In this document: piece after piece, positions 1 to 10,819 of the stretch | Numbering within the stretch: position 1 is the first letter of the stretch | How the letters are laid out: each line of letters begins with the position of its first letter | From: Blastocatellia bacterium | GTDB taxonomy: Bacteria; Acidobacteriota; Blastocatellia; UBA7656 | Length of the DNA stretch: 64,000 bases | NCBI GenBank assembly: GCA_963765495.1 | Contig: CAVXWP010000016.1 | Location: forward strand, 288,001 to 352,000 | Direction of reading: 5' to 3' | The notes under the pieces: model-generated | Databases searched by the model: none | Told to the model about the DNA's origin: nothing | The model's input: only the letters and a program-made list of their open reading frames with translations | Program-made: the position numbers and the translations under genes

Positions 1-1
1 A

Positions 2-685
2 ACACCCGGTGCCCGCGTGCTTGATGTAGCTTGCGGCACAGGCAATCTATCCCTACCGGCAGCGCACGCGGGCGCCGTTGTGACCGGGGTCGATATCGCG
101 CCAAACTCGCTGGCAACGGCGCGCGCACGAGCGCAAGCCGAGGGTGTCCAAATCCAATTTGACGAAGGCGACGCCGAAGCCCTGCCTTACGCAGATGCCG
201 CTTTCGATGAAGTCGTGACGATGTTCGGCTCTATGTTCGCTCCGCAACCTCATATGGTCACGGCGGAGATGGCGCGTGTCTGCCGACCCGGCGGGCGCGT
301 GACAATGGCGAACTGGACACCGGCGGGCTTTATAGGTCAGTTCTTCAAAGTCACAAGCCAGCATGTGCCGCCGCCGCCGATGCCCTCGCCCTTGTTGTGG
401 GGCGATGAAGCCACGGTGCGCGAACGCCTGAACGACGGCTTTACCCACCTGCGATTGACCCGCCGTCATCTCATAATGGCCTTTCCATTTACACCGCCCG
501 ATACGGTCGAGTTTTTCCGCGTCTGGTACGGCCCCACGCAGCGCACGTTTGCTGCGTTGGATGAAGCGGGAAAGGCCGCCTTACGCCGTGATCTGGAACA
601 ACTTTGGACCGAGCAGAACTGCGACACGGGCGGCACGACGCGCGTCATTGCCGAATACCTGGAAGTCAGCGCCACGCGTGCCTGA
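2..685 (+). CDS. Class I SAM-dependent methyltransferase, 5' end outside window
   Basis: VLDVACGTG motif [11 protein letters not shown]; frame is open back to the window start. Confidence 0.85.
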   Translation, partial: TPGARVLDVACGTGNLSLPAAHAGAVVTGVDIAPNSLATARARAQAEGVQIQFDEGDAEALPYADAAFDEVVTMFGSMFAPQPHMVTAEMARVCRPGGRVTMANWTPAGFIGQFFKVTSQHVPPPPMPSPLLWGDEATVRERLNDGFTHLRLTRRHLIMAFPFTPPDTVEFFRVWYGPTQRTFAALDEAGKAALRRDLEQLWTEQNCDTGGTTRVIAEYLEVSATRA

Positions 686-815
686 CTCGCAAGCGCGCGA
701 CATCTATACACAAAGATCTATACACAAAGAGGCCCTGTGTTGAACCACAACGGTAGATAGTTACCTGCCGCTATAAAGATAGAGCGGCATACAAAAGACA
801 AAAAGGAGAAAGCCA

Positions 816-1355
816 ATGCGCTTAATAAAAGTGAAACGTGTTATAGCGATAGTCCTTATGCTCAGCGTTGCCGGGGTCGTCGGCTTCGCACGCACTGACA
901 ATCCCCCCTCGGATGAGGATATTGATTTTGCCGTGCGGACCAGCGATCTCATGCTCAACGAACTGGTAGCCGCGCTCTTCAAGGAGTTCGATGAAACGAC
1001 TCCGCAAAACGTCGGAGAGGGCAAACACGCCATCTCGCTCATCTTCAACAACAACAACCGGGATATGCGGTTGATCGGCACCTTCGGCCCGCTCCTCGGG
1101 GGAAACAACGATCTCCCCAACGACGTCTTCGAGCAGACTGCGCTCGAACTCGCGCTCGATGGGCAAACGCACACTGCCGTCGAGCACTTTAACAACCGCT
1201 GGTACTATCGTCGCTCGATCCCTTTGAGCAATACCTTCCACCAGAGCTGTGCGCTTTGCCACACGAATTTCACCGAGAAGTTCTTTAAGAGGACACACAA
1301 TCCGGGGCAATGGGTGGGCGCGCTCACGCTAAGGGTCCCGATAGAGAATGACTAA
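816..1355 (+). CDS. Exported c-type heme protein, DUF3365/Tll0287-like
   Basis: Signal peptide, RBS AAGGAG, YYRRSIP...CALCH and C-terminal GALTLRVP. Confidence 0.7.
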   Translation: MRLIKVKRVIAIVLMLSVAGVVGFARTDNPPSDEDIDFAVRTSDLMLNELVAALFKEFDETTPQNVGEGKHAISLIFNNNNRDMRLIGTFGPLLGGNNDLPNDVFEQTALELALDGQTHTAVEHFNNRWYYRRSIPLSNTFHQSCALCHTNFTEKFFKRTHNPGQWVGALTLRVPIEND

Positions 1356-1418
1356 ATCAAGACTTACAGGATTGGAAGAGATGAAAATAATTCGTGATGT
1401 GTGAAGAGCGAGAAAGAA

Positions 1419-1488
1419 TTTGACCGCGATTAACAAGATTTACAGGGTGTTCCCGATCATCCTCATCAATCTTGTTAATCCTGTCAAA
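1419..1488. repeat. Palindromic intergenic element, 9-bp period (GATTAACAA/GATTTACAG)
   Basis: tttgac..gattaacaagatt pairs with aatcttgttaatc..gtcaaa. Confidence 0.75.
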
Positions 1489-1781
1489 AAAAATCAGCTC
1501 CTCACACACACTTTCATCTGTACCAATCTCTTGCGGTTTGATTTAGATACTATTGACGTATTGATGCAAGCCCCGGTCTATTCGAATAACTTCATCACAT
1601 TGAGGCGACCACACTGTACGAGGTTACGGGCCATATCGAGACAGAAAATTTATTCTGCAAGGGTGTAGCGCTCGGGGCCGTTTTGCTGTATAAATATCTG
1701 GCCTTAGAACTTTCGCCATTCTCAAAGCGTAGATTGGCCAGAGTCTTTTGACTCTTACACCCATATCAGGAGAAGGAAAAC

Positions 1782-2507
1782 ATGCAGTTTAGAAAGATTA
1801 TACCTCTGCTGGTTATCGTGTTGCTGATTGCAGCCGTATCAGCCGTATCAGCAGCAACCTATAACAAGCCGGTCAATCAGGCAGATGATCGGGTCTCGGG
1901 CAAATATCAAGGCGTGGCCAAGAGCGCACAGATGGGCGACATCCCGCTCACGGTCGAGATAAAGAATACCGAGGGTAAGCTCTCGGGTCAGATTGAGACC
2001 CCGCAAGGCCCTGCCCCGATCACGGGGGGGACATTCGCCGACGGAAAGCTCATGATGAAATTCGATGCCGGCGGAACCGAAGGAACCGTCACGGCTATGC
2101 TTAAGGAAAACGTAATCACAGGCGACTGGGAACTTGGCGGCCAGACAGGCACCCTCGAACTGAAAAGGTCCGATATGGGTGAGATGGCCAAAAAGGAAGA
2201 GATGAAGCCGATGATGGGCGATCCCATTTCCGGCGAATGGGATGCCACAGCCGACGCTCAGGGACAGAGCATTCCTTTCACTCTTACGCTCAAGCTGGAT
2301 GGCGAAAAGGTCACAGGTCAAAGCAGCGGCCAGGCAGGTGATGCGACCATCAACAGCGGAAGCTGGAAGGCTGACGTATTGACCATTTCGCTCGATACGC
2401 CAAACGGGCCAATAGTCCTGACGGCAAAACTCACGGACGGCAAACTCGTGGGCGAATACGATTTCGCCAGCCAGTTCAAGGGACCGTGGGAAGCAAAGAA
2501 GAAGTGA
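1782..2507 (+). CDS. Exported protein with two repeated beta-rich domains
   Basis: Signal peptide; repeat VSGKYQG..IPLTVEIK / ISGEWDA..IPFTLTLK. Confidence 0.8.
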   Translation: MQFRKIIPLLVIVLLIAAVSAVSAATYNKPVNQADDRVSGKYQGVAKSAQMGDIPLTVEIKNTEGKLSGQIETPQGPAPITGGTFADGKLMMKFDAGGTEGTVTAMLKENVITGDWELGGQTGTLELKRSDMGEMAKKEEMKPMMGDPISGEWDATADAQGQSIPFTLTLKLDGEKVTGQSSGQAGDATINSGSWKADVLTISLDTPNGPIVLTAKLTDGKLVGEYDFASQFKGPWEAKKK

Positions 2508-2514
2508 CTAATAA

Positions 2515-2612
2515 TTCGTGATGCGTGATTCGTGATTATGGGCAGCTATCTATTAACACCCACCTGCCTGAAGGTCACGAATCACGCATCACGCATCGCT
2601 TCTCACGAATCA
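2515..2612. repeat. Heptamer-arm palindromic element, CGTGA family
   Basis: (TKCGTGA)x3 ... (TCACGMA)n; right arm contains the amidohydrolase stop. Confidence 0.85.
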
Positions 2613-4289
2613 CTTTTCAAAAACCACCTCGCCGCCGATTACCGTCATCACCGCGCGGGTCTTGAGTATTTCAGGCTCCGGTATCTTCATTATGTCGGCC
2701 GACAGCACCGTCAGGTCGCCGTATTTGCCCACTTCGATTGAGCCTTTCACATCATCTTCAAATGCAGCGTAGGCAGACCACAGAGTGAACATCTTGAGCG
2801 CCTCGTCGCGCGTGACGGCCTGTTCCGGGTGCCATCCTTCTCCCGTAAACCCCTTTTGATCCTTGCGCGCAACGGCCGCGTAAAACTCAATCATAGGCTC
2901 GCCGCGCTCGACCGGGGCGTCTGAGCCTCCGGCGATGATCGAGCCCGAATTGATAAAGCTCTTCCAGGCGTAAGCGCCTTCGAGCCGTTTCATCCCGAGC
3001 CGGCTCGGAGCAAAGTGCAAATCGCCTATGGCGTGCGAAGGCTGCATGGAAGGGATGACCCCGAGTTTGGCAAAGCGCGGGATGTCGGCCGGGTTTACTA
3101 TCTGCGCGTGCTCAACGCGCCAGCGCGGCTCGCGTATCTTTCGCTGGCCGGGCGGCACCGCGTTGAAAGCCTTCTCGTACCAGTCGAGTATTGTTCGATT
3201 GGCGCGGTCGCCTATGGCGTGAGTCTCTACCTGTATGCCTTTGCGAAGCGCCTCGATAAGCATCGGCACGACCTCTTCTTCCTTATGAGTCAGAAAGCCC
3301 GCCGTGTCGTAATCCGAGTAATTCTCAAGCAGGGCCGCGCCTTTGGAACCGAGAGCGCCGTCAAGCACTACCTTGATGTCGCGCATTGTGAAGCGTCCGT
3401 CGTAAGCCCTGATGGTTGGCCCTTCGCGCATAAGCCGTTCGGCGGCCGGACCCGGCCCGTACACCGCGTTATAGATACGCAGCTTGATCTTTCCTTCGCC
3501 GTAAAGTTTCTTGAGCAATTCCACATCCGAATAAACGCTGCCCGCGTTTTGAATCTCGCACCATCCGAGTTCGAGGCTGCGCTTGACGCCAAGCAATATG
3601 GCCTGTTCGGCCTCGTCTCGACCCGCGCCGGGGATGTGGCGTGTAACGAGCCCCTGAGCCGCGTCTAAGAACATGCCGTTTGGCTCGCCCGTCTTTTTGT
3701 CTTTCATTATCTCGCCGCCAAACGGGTTGGGCGTCTCTTTGGTAACGCCCGCTATCTTTATGGCCGCGCTGTTGGCAATCGCTCCGTGGCCGTCGGCCCG
3801 AGTAAGATAGACGGGGTTATCGGGCGAGATTTTATCCAGGTCCGAGCGTGTGGGAAATACAGGAGGCTTCCAGAAAGTCTCTATCCACCCGCGCCCCGTA
3901 ACCCATTCGCCCGGCTTCGCCTGGTCTACGCGCTCTTTGACCTTCGCCAGAAAATCTTCGAGGCTCGTCGTGCCTTCAAGGTTCAGATTCATCTCGCGAG
4001 CGCCGACTCCCGCGAGGTGATAATGAGAATCGGTCATGCCGGGCACAACCGTGTTGCCGTGCAGATCAACGACGCGGGTCGCCTTGCCTTCATAGGCTTT
4101 CACATCTTTGTTTGAGCCTACGAAGATGATCTTTCCCGCCCTGACCGCGATGGCTTCGGCGTGAGGCTGTTTCGGGTTCACCGTATAGATGTTGCCGTTT
4201 TTGAAGACAATGTCGGCCGCTTCCTGTTTAGCGTAACCAACCGTAAGACAAAACGACGCGAGGATCAGGATTAATGAGATGATTCGCAT
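2610..4289 (-). CDS. Exported amidohydrolase (Amidohydro_3, YtcJ-like)
   Basis: PGMTDSHYH, HAIGD, RVEHAQ, GSDAPV; signal peptide from ATG 4289. Confidence 0.9.
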   Translation of the reverse strand: MRIISLILILASFCLTVGYAKQEAADIVFKNGNIYTVNPKQPHAEAIAVRAGKIIFVGSNKDVKAYEGKATRVVDLHGNTVVPGMTDSHYHLAGVGAREMNLNLEGTTSLEDFLAKVKERVDQAKPGEWVTGRGWIETFWKPPVFPTRSDLDKISPDNPVYLTRADGHGAIANSAAIKIAGVTKETPNPFGGEIMKDKKTGEPNGMFLDAAQGLVTRHIPGAGRDEAEQAILLGVKRSLELGWCEIQNAGSVYSDVELLKKLYGEGKIKLRIYNAVYGPGPAAERLMREGPTIRAYDGRFTMRDIKVVLDGALGSKGAALLENYSDYDTAGFLTHKEEEVVPMLIEALRKGIQVETHAIGDRANRTILDWYEKAFNAVPPGQRKIREPRWRVEHAQIVNPADIPRFAKLGVIPSMQPSHAIGDLHFAPSRLGMKRLEGAYAWKSFINSGSIIAGGSDAPVERGEPMIEFYAAVARKDQKGFTGEGWHPEQAVTRDEALKMFTLWSAYAAFEDDVKGSIEVGKYGDLTVLSADIMKIPEPEILKTRAVMTVIGGEVVFEK

Positions 4290-4311
4290 GGTCCCTCTGT
4301 AAATGGTCTCT

Positions 4312-6096
4312 CTATAAATTGTATTTGCCCGCCGCAATCACCCGGTCGGCAATGCGACGGCGCGCAGAGATTGATTTGATCGGAGCACGGCGCGCGAGAT
4401 GGTCGATTATATCCGTGATGTCGCTTGCGCTGGCTTCTGTTTCTGTGGCTACGAGTCGCGCCGCCCGCTCGACACGCATCACTGCATCACGGGCAAATAC
4501 GCGAGTGATGTCAAGTTGCACCGAAGCGCGATCATCGCCGCGCGCGGCGATGATCTTTTCCGTTCGCAGCAGGACGCTTTCCATCGCATAAATATCCATC
4601 GTCATGTCGGCAATGAGGGCGAGCGATTCCTGCTCGTCGCGGGCGCGGTCGCCGTAGGCTTCGACGACCGCGCCGATTGACAAAAGAGCCATCGCTTTTG
4701 CGGCTCGGAGCAACTTCAACTCTTCCGACAGCACCACGGTTGCGGGGTTCAGATGCAGCGTGTCGGAAGCCCCGGGTAGTCCATCTTTAATCCCTTCGGC
4801 CGTTTCAAGCAAAGCCAGTTCGCCCGACTTCGCGCGGCGCAACAATTGGCTGGCGATCACTATGCGGTTGATCTCGTTTGTGCCCTCGTAGATACGCGCT
4901 ATGCGGGCGTCGCGATAGGCGCGCTCCGCCGGATAGTCCTTTGAATAACCATACCCGCCGAATACCTGCACCTCTTCGTCGACCACATAGCCGAGCGCCT
5001 CGCTCTCCCATACCTTTATGATAGAGCATTCGATGGCATATTGTTCCAGCACGGCGAGCACCTGTCGCGGGTCGCTTTTATCCACCCGCTCAAGCGCCCG
5101 GTCAATCATCCCGGCCGTGCGATAAAGGATCGTTTCGCCCACGTATGCGCGGATGGCCATCTCGGCGAGCTTCTGTTTTATGAGGCCGAAATTCGCAATC
5201 GGCTGTCCGAATTGATGGCGCTCTTTTGCGTATTGTATTGACTGGTAAAGAGAGAGTTTTATCGTGCCTACGGAACGCGCACCCAGTTTGAGCCGCCCGA
5301 TGTTGAGCACATTGAAGGCTATCTTGTGGCCCCGGCCTATTTCGCCAAGCACGTTTTCGACCGGCACGCGGCAATCTTCGAGCATCAGCGCCGTCGTCGA
5401 AGACCCGTCAATACCGAGTTTCTTCTCTTCGTGGCCGCTTGTGAGCCCCGGCCCGCGCTCCACAAGAAAGGCTGTGAACTTCTCTCCGTCGACTTTGGCA
5501 AAGACCGTGAAGAGATCGGCGAAGCTGCCGTTTGTTATCCACATCTTCTGGCCGTTCAAGACGTAGTGGCTGCCGTCTTCGGAAAGCACGGCTTTGGTTC
5601 TAGCCGCAAGCGCGTCTGAGCCGGAATGCGGCTCTGTCAAAGCGTATGCGCCGATCATCTCGCCCGTAGCCAGTCGCGGCAGATACTTTTGCTTCTGCTC
5701 TTCGGTCCCGAAAAAGACAATGGGGAGCGTGCCTATGTTGACGTGGGCGCTCTGCGATCCGGCAAATGATGCCTGAAGCGCAAACTGCTCTCCGACTACC
5801 GAGGAACTGACCTTATTCAAACCGAGCCCGCCATATTTTTCCGGGATGTCAATCGAGAGCAATCCTAGCTCGCCCGCCTTGGCCATCAGTTCGCGCGTGA
5901 CCGGCCAGTTCTTGGCGTAGATGTCGTCTTCACGCGGGAGGACTTCCTTGCGCAGGAACTCTTCGGCCGTTTGCGCAAACATATGTTGCTCTTCGGAGAT
6001 CTCTTCGGGGGTGAAGATTTCCGCCGGTTCGAGGTCTTCGATAAGAAAACTGCCGCCTTTGATCGCAATCGGCCCTTCGGCTTTGCTTGTCATCAT
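4312..6096 (-). CDS. Acyl-CoA dehydrogenase, long FadE type
   Basis: YALTEPHSGSDA, NGQKMWITN, QVFGGYGY, IYEGTNEINR. Confidence 0.95.
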   Translation of the reverse strand: MMTSKAEGPIAIKGGSFLIEDLEPAEIFTPEEISEEQHMFAQTAEEFLRKEVLPREDDIYAKNWPVTRELMAKAGELGLLSIDIPEKYGGLGLNKVSSSVVGEQFALQASFAGSQSAHVNIGTLPIVFFGTEEQKQKYLPRLATGEMIGAYALTEPHSGSDALAARTKAVLSEDGSHYVLNGQKMWITNGSFADLFTVFAKVDGEKFTAFLVERGPGLTSGHEEKKLGIDGSSTTALMLEDCRVPVENVLGEIGRGHKIAFNVLNIGRLKLGARSVGTIKLSLYQSIQYAKERHQFGQPIANFGLIKQKLAEMAIRAYVGETILYRTAGMIDRALERVDKSDPRQVLAVLEQYAIECSIIKVWESEALGYVVDEEVQVFGGYGYSKDYPAERAYRDARIARIYEGTNEINRIVIASQLLRRAKSGELALLETAEGIKDGLPGASDTLHLNPATVVLSEELKLLRAAKAMALLSIGAVVEAYGDRARDEQESLALIADMTMDIYAMESVLLRTEKIIAARGDDRASVQLDITRVFARDAVMRVERAARLVATETEASASDITDIIDHLARRAPIKSISARRRIADRVIAAGKYNL

Positions 6097-6123
6097 TTTC
6101 TCCCTTTGAAATTTATCAATCTC

Positions 6124-6738
6124 TTATTTCAGACTTGCCAATAACTCGTCGACCGAAACTCTCCACCCTTCAAGCACGCGAGACTCGGACGATTCACCGG
6201 CCAGATAAATATGGCTTTCCCATCGAGGCAAAGCCTTCGGCGACCGCTTTGCGAGCGCGTGCCTTACTTCAATGGTTTCGGCCTCCGAATCTATCAACCA
6301 TAATTCCCGCACACCCAGCGCGAGATAGGTATCGGCCTTTGTCGTACGGTCGTAATTGGCCGTGGACGGCGACAGGTATTCGAAGACTATATCGGCCGAG
6401 GTGCGCCGCTTCCCCATCTTTGCTCGCAGTTCGTTTGAGACATACATCATATCCGGCTCAAGATATGTTCGGTTTTTGTAGATAGGCTCGCGTGGATGAT
6501 AAACCCTTCCCGGCCATCCGTGAGCAGCCAGCCAGGTCACAAGCGAAGCATTCAAATATGAACCGACATCTCCATGCGGCGGGTCGGGTGGAGGAACCAT
6601 ATACAGGACTCCTTCGATCAACTCGTAATGCGCTCGGCCGCCTGGGTCTGGCAACGAGAAGAACTCTTCGAGGGTGTACTGGTGCAAAAGCGCCGAAAAA
6701 GCGATTTCTGTTGTTTGTCTCTCTTCCAAAACCGGCAT
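6124..6738 (-). CDS. Uma2/DUF820 family PD-(D/E)xK protein
   Basis: YELIEG, LEPD, FEYLSPSTANYD..K..Y...GVRELWLID; RBS GGAGG before ATG 6738. Confidence 0.9.
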   Translation of the reverse strand: MPVLEERQTTEIAFSALLHQYTLEEFFSLPDPGGRAHYELIEGVLYMVPPPDPPHGDVGSYLNASLVTWLAAHGWPGRVYHPREPIYKNRTYLEPDMMYVSNELRAKMGKRRTSADIVFEYLSPSTANYDRTTKADTYLALGVRELWLIDSEAETIEVRHALAKRSPKALPRWESHIYLAGESSESRVLEGWRVSVDELLASLK

Positions 6739-6790
6739 GACCGCACCTCCTGAGTTTGGTAAGGATGCTAGCACAGCGATTCGGCCCGCC

Positions 6791-7762
6791 TCAATCCACG
6801 GCCAACACTATCTTTCCGACCGTCTCTCTTGCTTCCATCTTGCGATGAGCCTCGGCGGCTTCCTCAAGCGGGAGCTTCAGCCCTATTGTCAGCCTCAGTT
6901 TTCCTGTAGCCACCCACTCGACGACCTTCTCCACGCCGCGCCGCGCAATCTCAGGAACCTGTAAGACGGTCACAAGCCAGAACCCGCTCACCTTGATCGA
7001 TTTTTCAAACATCGTGATAGGGTCAACCGGATCAGGTCGCCCGCTCGCCGCGCCATACACGATCACGTGTCCAAACGGGGCCAGCGATTTCATGCTCTTT
7101 TCAAATGTAGCCTTACCCACGGAATCAAGCACAAGGTCTACACCGCGCCCTCCGGTCAGCCGCATCACCTCTTCGGCAAAATCGGTCTTATTGTAGAGGA
7201 TCACGTCATCTGCGCCCATGTCCCGCGCAAGCTGAGCTTTGTCTTCGCTCGACGTAGTGCCGTATGCGGTCGCTCCAACCATTTTGGCCATCTGAATGGC
7301 AAGCAATCCGACGCCGCCCGCAGCCGCGTGAACAAGCACGGATTTCCCCGGCTCGATCTGGTCAGAAGTGTACAGCATGTGATAAGCCGTGAGGGCCTGA
7401 AGCGGAAATGCCGCGCCCTCTTCGAAGCTTATGTTTTCGGGCAGCGGGATCAACGACTGCGCCGGAACGGCCACATATTCGGCGTAGCATTCTCTATGAA
7501 GGAAAGCCACCCTCTGGCCTAGGATGGAATTATCAACGCCCTCGCCTACCTCTTCAACTACGCCCGAGGCTTCGGCTCCGGGTATGGCGGGCAATTGGGG
7601 TTGAATCAGATATTGTCCCCGACGCAGCCGCGTGTCGGCGAAGTTGACGCCTATGGCGTGGATTTTGACGAGCACATGGCCTGCGCCCGGTTTCGGTTTT
7701 TCCACATCTTCGTATCGAAGCACTTCGGGTTCGCCGATTTCATGAAATCTAATCGCTTTCAT
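6791..7762 (-). CDS. qor: NADPH:quinone oxidoreductase (MDR family)
   Basis: GVNFAD, VHAAAGGVG, GKIVL. Confidence 0.85.
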   Translation of the reverse strand: MKAIRFHEIGEPEVLRYEDVEKPKPGAGHVLVKIHAIGVNFADTRLRRGQYLIQPQLPAIPGAEASGVVEEVGEGVDNSILGQRVAFLHRECYAEYVAVPAQSLIPLPENISFEEGAAFPLQALTAYHMLYTSDQIEPGKSVLVHAAAGGVGLLAIQMAKMVGATAYGTTSSEDKAQLARDMGADDVILYNKTDFAEEVMRLTGGRGVDLVLDSVGKATFEKSMKSLAPFGHVIVYGAASGRPDPVDPITMFEKSIKVSGFWLVTVLQVPEIARRGVEKVVEWVATGKLRLTIGLKLPLEEAAEAHRKMEARETVGKIVLAVD

Positions 7763-7771
7763 TTTTTCTCC

Positions 7772-8518
7772 TTAAGAATACATGCCGCCGTTCGGGCTGA
7801 TTGTTTGTCCGACGATATAGCTCGATTCATCCGAAGCCAGAAAGAGCGCAACCTCTGCGATCTCTTCGGGCGTGCCTATGCGGCCGAGCGGGGTCATCTG
7901 AACCATCATCGGGCGCATTTCGTCGGGCAGATTGTTAAGTATAGGGGTCTCGACCCAGCCGGGAGCTATACAGTTGACGCGGATGCCGTAAGCGGCCACT
8001 TCCTGGGCTACGCCTTTGGTGAATGCGATTATCGCACCTTTGGCCGCCGTGTAGTTTGACGCGCCCGGAAGCCCTCTCAGCCCGGCCACCGACCCCAGAT
8101 TGATGATAGCGCCCTGCGCGCGGGAAAGCATTCGTTTGAGCGCCTCGCGTGTACAATAAAAAGTCCCGTTCAAATGCACATTGAGAATCGAAGCCCATTG
8201 CTCGTCGGTCATCTCGTGCGCGGGCGTCAATTGCTGCCCGCCATTCCCGGCGTTGTTTACCAGAATGTCTACTGCCCAGTCACGTTCGTCTATGCGGCGA
8301 AAAAGCTCTGCAACCGCATCGGAATTGGCGACATCGGTTGTAAGGGCGAACGCCTCTATGCCGTGCTCCTGAACGAGGCGGGCGGTTTCTGCTCCGCTCT
8401 GTTCATCGAGTTCGGCTACGACGATGCGTGCGCCCTCGGCAGCAAACCTGAGAGCGATGGCCCGGCCAATGCCTGAACCGCTCCCGGTTATCACGGCGAC
8501 CTTATCTTTCAGTCTCAT
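7772..8518 (-). CDS. SDR oxidoreductase, FabG-like
   Basis: TGSGSGIG, NNAG, YTAAK. Confidence 0.9.
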   Translation of the reverse strand: MRLKDKVAVITGSGSGIGRAIALRFAAEGARIVVAELDEQSGAETARLVQEHGIEAFALTTDVANSDAVAELFRRIDERDWAVDILVNNAGNGGQQLTPAHEMTDEQWASILNVHLNGTFYCTREALKRMLSRAQGAIINLGSVAGLRGLPGASNYTAAKGAIIAFTKGVAQEVAAYGIRVNCIAPGWVETPILNNLPDEMRPMMVQMTPLGRIGTPEEIAEVALFLASDESSYIVGQTISPNGGMYS

Positions 8519-8545
8519 CCGTTTTCCTCCCTTCGAAACCAATCG

Positions 8546-8968
8546 CTACCAGCCCTCAAACCTCTCTATCAGCGAGCGCAACTCATCGGGGATGCGAACC
8601 GGGCGCAGCGATTTCGGGTCTATGCACACGTATAGCGACGAGGCCGCTGTGATCAATCGGTCTTCGCCTTCCGGGTAGATTTCAAATTCAAAAACGAGGC
8701 TGGTATTTCCTATCTTTGAAACGCGTGTGTGAATCTCAAGCACCTCATCGAATCGAGCCGGAGACTTGAACTCCACGGTCGTGCGAGCCAGCACTGTGTC
8801 GGCTCCTGTTTCCACCATGTCTTTGTAGTCGAGGCCTATCGCCCGGAAATATTCCGTCCACGCTACATCGGTATAAATCAGGTAGTTGGCATTGAATACT
8901 ATTCCTTGCAGATCGGTTTCGGCGAACCTGACTCTGAGATTGTGATGGAATTTAAAGTCTGTTTTCAC
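8546..8968 (-). CDS. Acyl-CoA thioesterase (YbgC/4HBT hot-dog fold)
   Basis: VRFAETDLQGIVFNANY. Confidence 0.9.
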   Translation of the reverse strand: MKTDFKFHHNLRVRFAETDLQGIVFNANYLIYTDVAWTEYFRAIGLDYKDMVETGADTVLARTTVEFKSPARFDEVLEIHTRVSKIGNTSLVFEFEIYPEGEDRLITAASSLYVCIDPKSLRPVRIPDELRSLIERFEGW

Positions 8969-9033
8969 GGGCCGATATCATGACTGATAGCCGACAACTT
9001 ATCAAATTGAATGGCCGTAATAGCTCACCATTA

Positions 9034-9099
9034 GCCACAGAGGCGCAGAGGCGCAGAGAAAAGATTATAAAAATCTCTGTGTCTTCGTGTCTCTGTGGC
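9034..9099. repeat. Palindromic element, 8-bp period (GCGCAGAG family)
   Basis: gccacagaggcgcagaggcgcagag ... ctctgtgtcttcgtgtctctgtggc. Confidence 0.85.
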
Positions 9100-9220
9100 G
9101 ATTATTTCTCTAATTCTGATCAGATACAATTGGCCGCGATTTTGCCCGCGCAATGCTCTTATGCTATGCTGACGCGCATCCCGGTACCAGAAAGTATTCA
9201 TCTTTTCAGGAGGTAAGCCT

Positions 9221-10819
9221 GTGATAGTTCCGCTCAATGAATACGACTTTCTAAAACGCGCAATCATAGCTCACCCGACAAAAGAAGCCGTCGTGTGCGG
9301 CGATGTTCGCCTGACTTATTCAGAGTTTGGCAGGCGCGTTTTCGCGTGGGCAAATATGATGCGCGAGGCGGGGATAGAAAAAGGCGACCGGGTCGCTATT
9401 TTATCTCAAAACTGTCACCGCATACTCGAAGCCTTTTTCGGTGCTCCACTGCTCGGCGCTATACTGATGCCTCTTAACTTTCGCCTCGTCCCGAGTGATT
9501 TTCTCTACATCCTGAATCACGGCGGCGCAAAGGCCCTGATCGTAGAAGAAGGGCTGACCAGCGTAATAGACCCGATACGCGAAAGCCTTGAGACTATCGA
9601 GCATTTCATCCTCGCAAGCGATAAAAGCGATGCAAATCCGGCTGGCTGGCTCGATTACGAAACGCTTCTGGGCGAGGCATCCGGCAACCAGCCTGACCCT
9701 GTCGAGATAGATGAAAACGAAACCTCGGCCCTGCTCTACACTTCGGGAACCACGGGGCGGCCAAAAGGCGTTATGCTCACGCATCGCAATCTCTACCTCA
9801 ACGCGATGAACTCGATCTGCGAATTCGGCATACGCGAAGACGACGTATACCTGCACACGCTGGCGCAGTTTCACTGCAACGGGTGGGGAGTGCCTTACGC
9901 GGTGACGGGGATGGGAGCCGCGCACGTGATCATAAAGAAGTTCGAGCCCGCCGCGTTTTTCGATCTCGTCCGACGAGAGCGCGTGACCTTCGCCGCGATG
10001 CCGCCGACGATGATAAACATGGCCTTGAATCATCCGCTCGACCGGGAGGCTCTTGATCAATTGCCGCGCGGCCTTCGCATAGCGACCGCAGGCTCAGCCC
10101 CCCCGCTTGCGACCATACAGGGAGCGCAGGAAAAACTCGGCTGGCAAGTGATTCAGATATACGGATTGACCGAAACATCGCCCTTCCTGACCGTCTCAAA
10201 AATCAAGCCTCATATGCGAGACTGGCCCGCCGAGCATCAATACAAAGTGCAGGCAAAAACGGGCTACCCGATGATAGGCGTAGACGTGCGCGTAGTCGAT
10301 GACGAGGGCCGCGACCTTCAGCCCGACTCCGGTGAAGCGGGCGAGGTGATCGCCCGCGCAAACGTAGTGATGGCCGGATACTGGCGGCAACCCGAGGCCA
10401 CCGAAGCGGTCATCGTTGACGGATGGTTTCACACGGGCGATATGGCGACTCGCGATAGCGAAGGCTATATCGAGGTCGTAGACCGCAAAAAAGACCTGAT
10501 AATTTCGGGCGGTGAAAACATCTCTTCGATAGAAGTCGAAGGGCTTTTATACAAACACCCTTCGGTGCTCGAAGCCGCAATCGTGGCCGCGCCCGACCAG
10601 CGATGGGGCGAAATCCCTTACGCTATAGTCGTGCTGAAGCCCGGCGCGAAGGCGACCGAAGACGAATTGATAGAGTTTTGCCGAGAGCATCTGGCTCACT
10701 TCAAATGCCCGAAGAGGGTCGATTTCATCGAGACGCTTCCGCGAACGGCTACGGGTAAGATTCAGAAAAACATCCTCAGAGAACGCTACTGGAAAGATCA
10801 ATCGAGGCGCGTCAATTAG
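9221..10819 (+). CDS. Fatty-acid--CoA ligase (AMP-binding)
   Basis: YTSGTTGRPKG, YGLTET, FHTGD, GKIQK. Confidence 0.95.
   Translation: MIVPLNEYDFLKRAIIAHPTKEAVVCGDVRLTYSEFGRRVFAWANMMREAGIEKGDRVAILSQNCHRILEAFFGAPLLGAILMPLNFRLVPSDFLYILNHGGAKALIVEEGLTSVIDPIRESLETIEHFILASDKSDANPAGWLDYETLLGEASGNQPDPVEIDENETSALLYTSGTTGRPKGVMLTHRNLYLNAMNSICEFGIREDDVYLHTLAQFHCNGWGVPYAVTGMGAAHVIIKKFEPAAFFDLVRRERVTFAAMPPTMINMALNHPLDREALDQLPRGLRIATAGSAPPLATIQGAQEKLGWQVIQIYGLTETSPFLTVSKIKPHMRDWPAEHQYKVQAKTGYPMIGVDVRVVDDEGRDLQPDSGEAGEVIARANVVMAGYWRQPEATEAVIVDGWFHTGDMATRDSEGYIEVVDRKKDLIISGGENISSIEVEGLLYKHPSVLEAAIVAAPDQRWGEIPYAIVVLKPGAKATEDELIEFCREHLAHFKCPKRVDFIETLPRTATGKIQKNILRERYWKDQSRRVN

Noticed and set aside
6124-6738. 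Uma2 gene as a restriction or defence system
   Set aside because: Common solitary family; no methylase or defence partners; embedded among metabolic genes.
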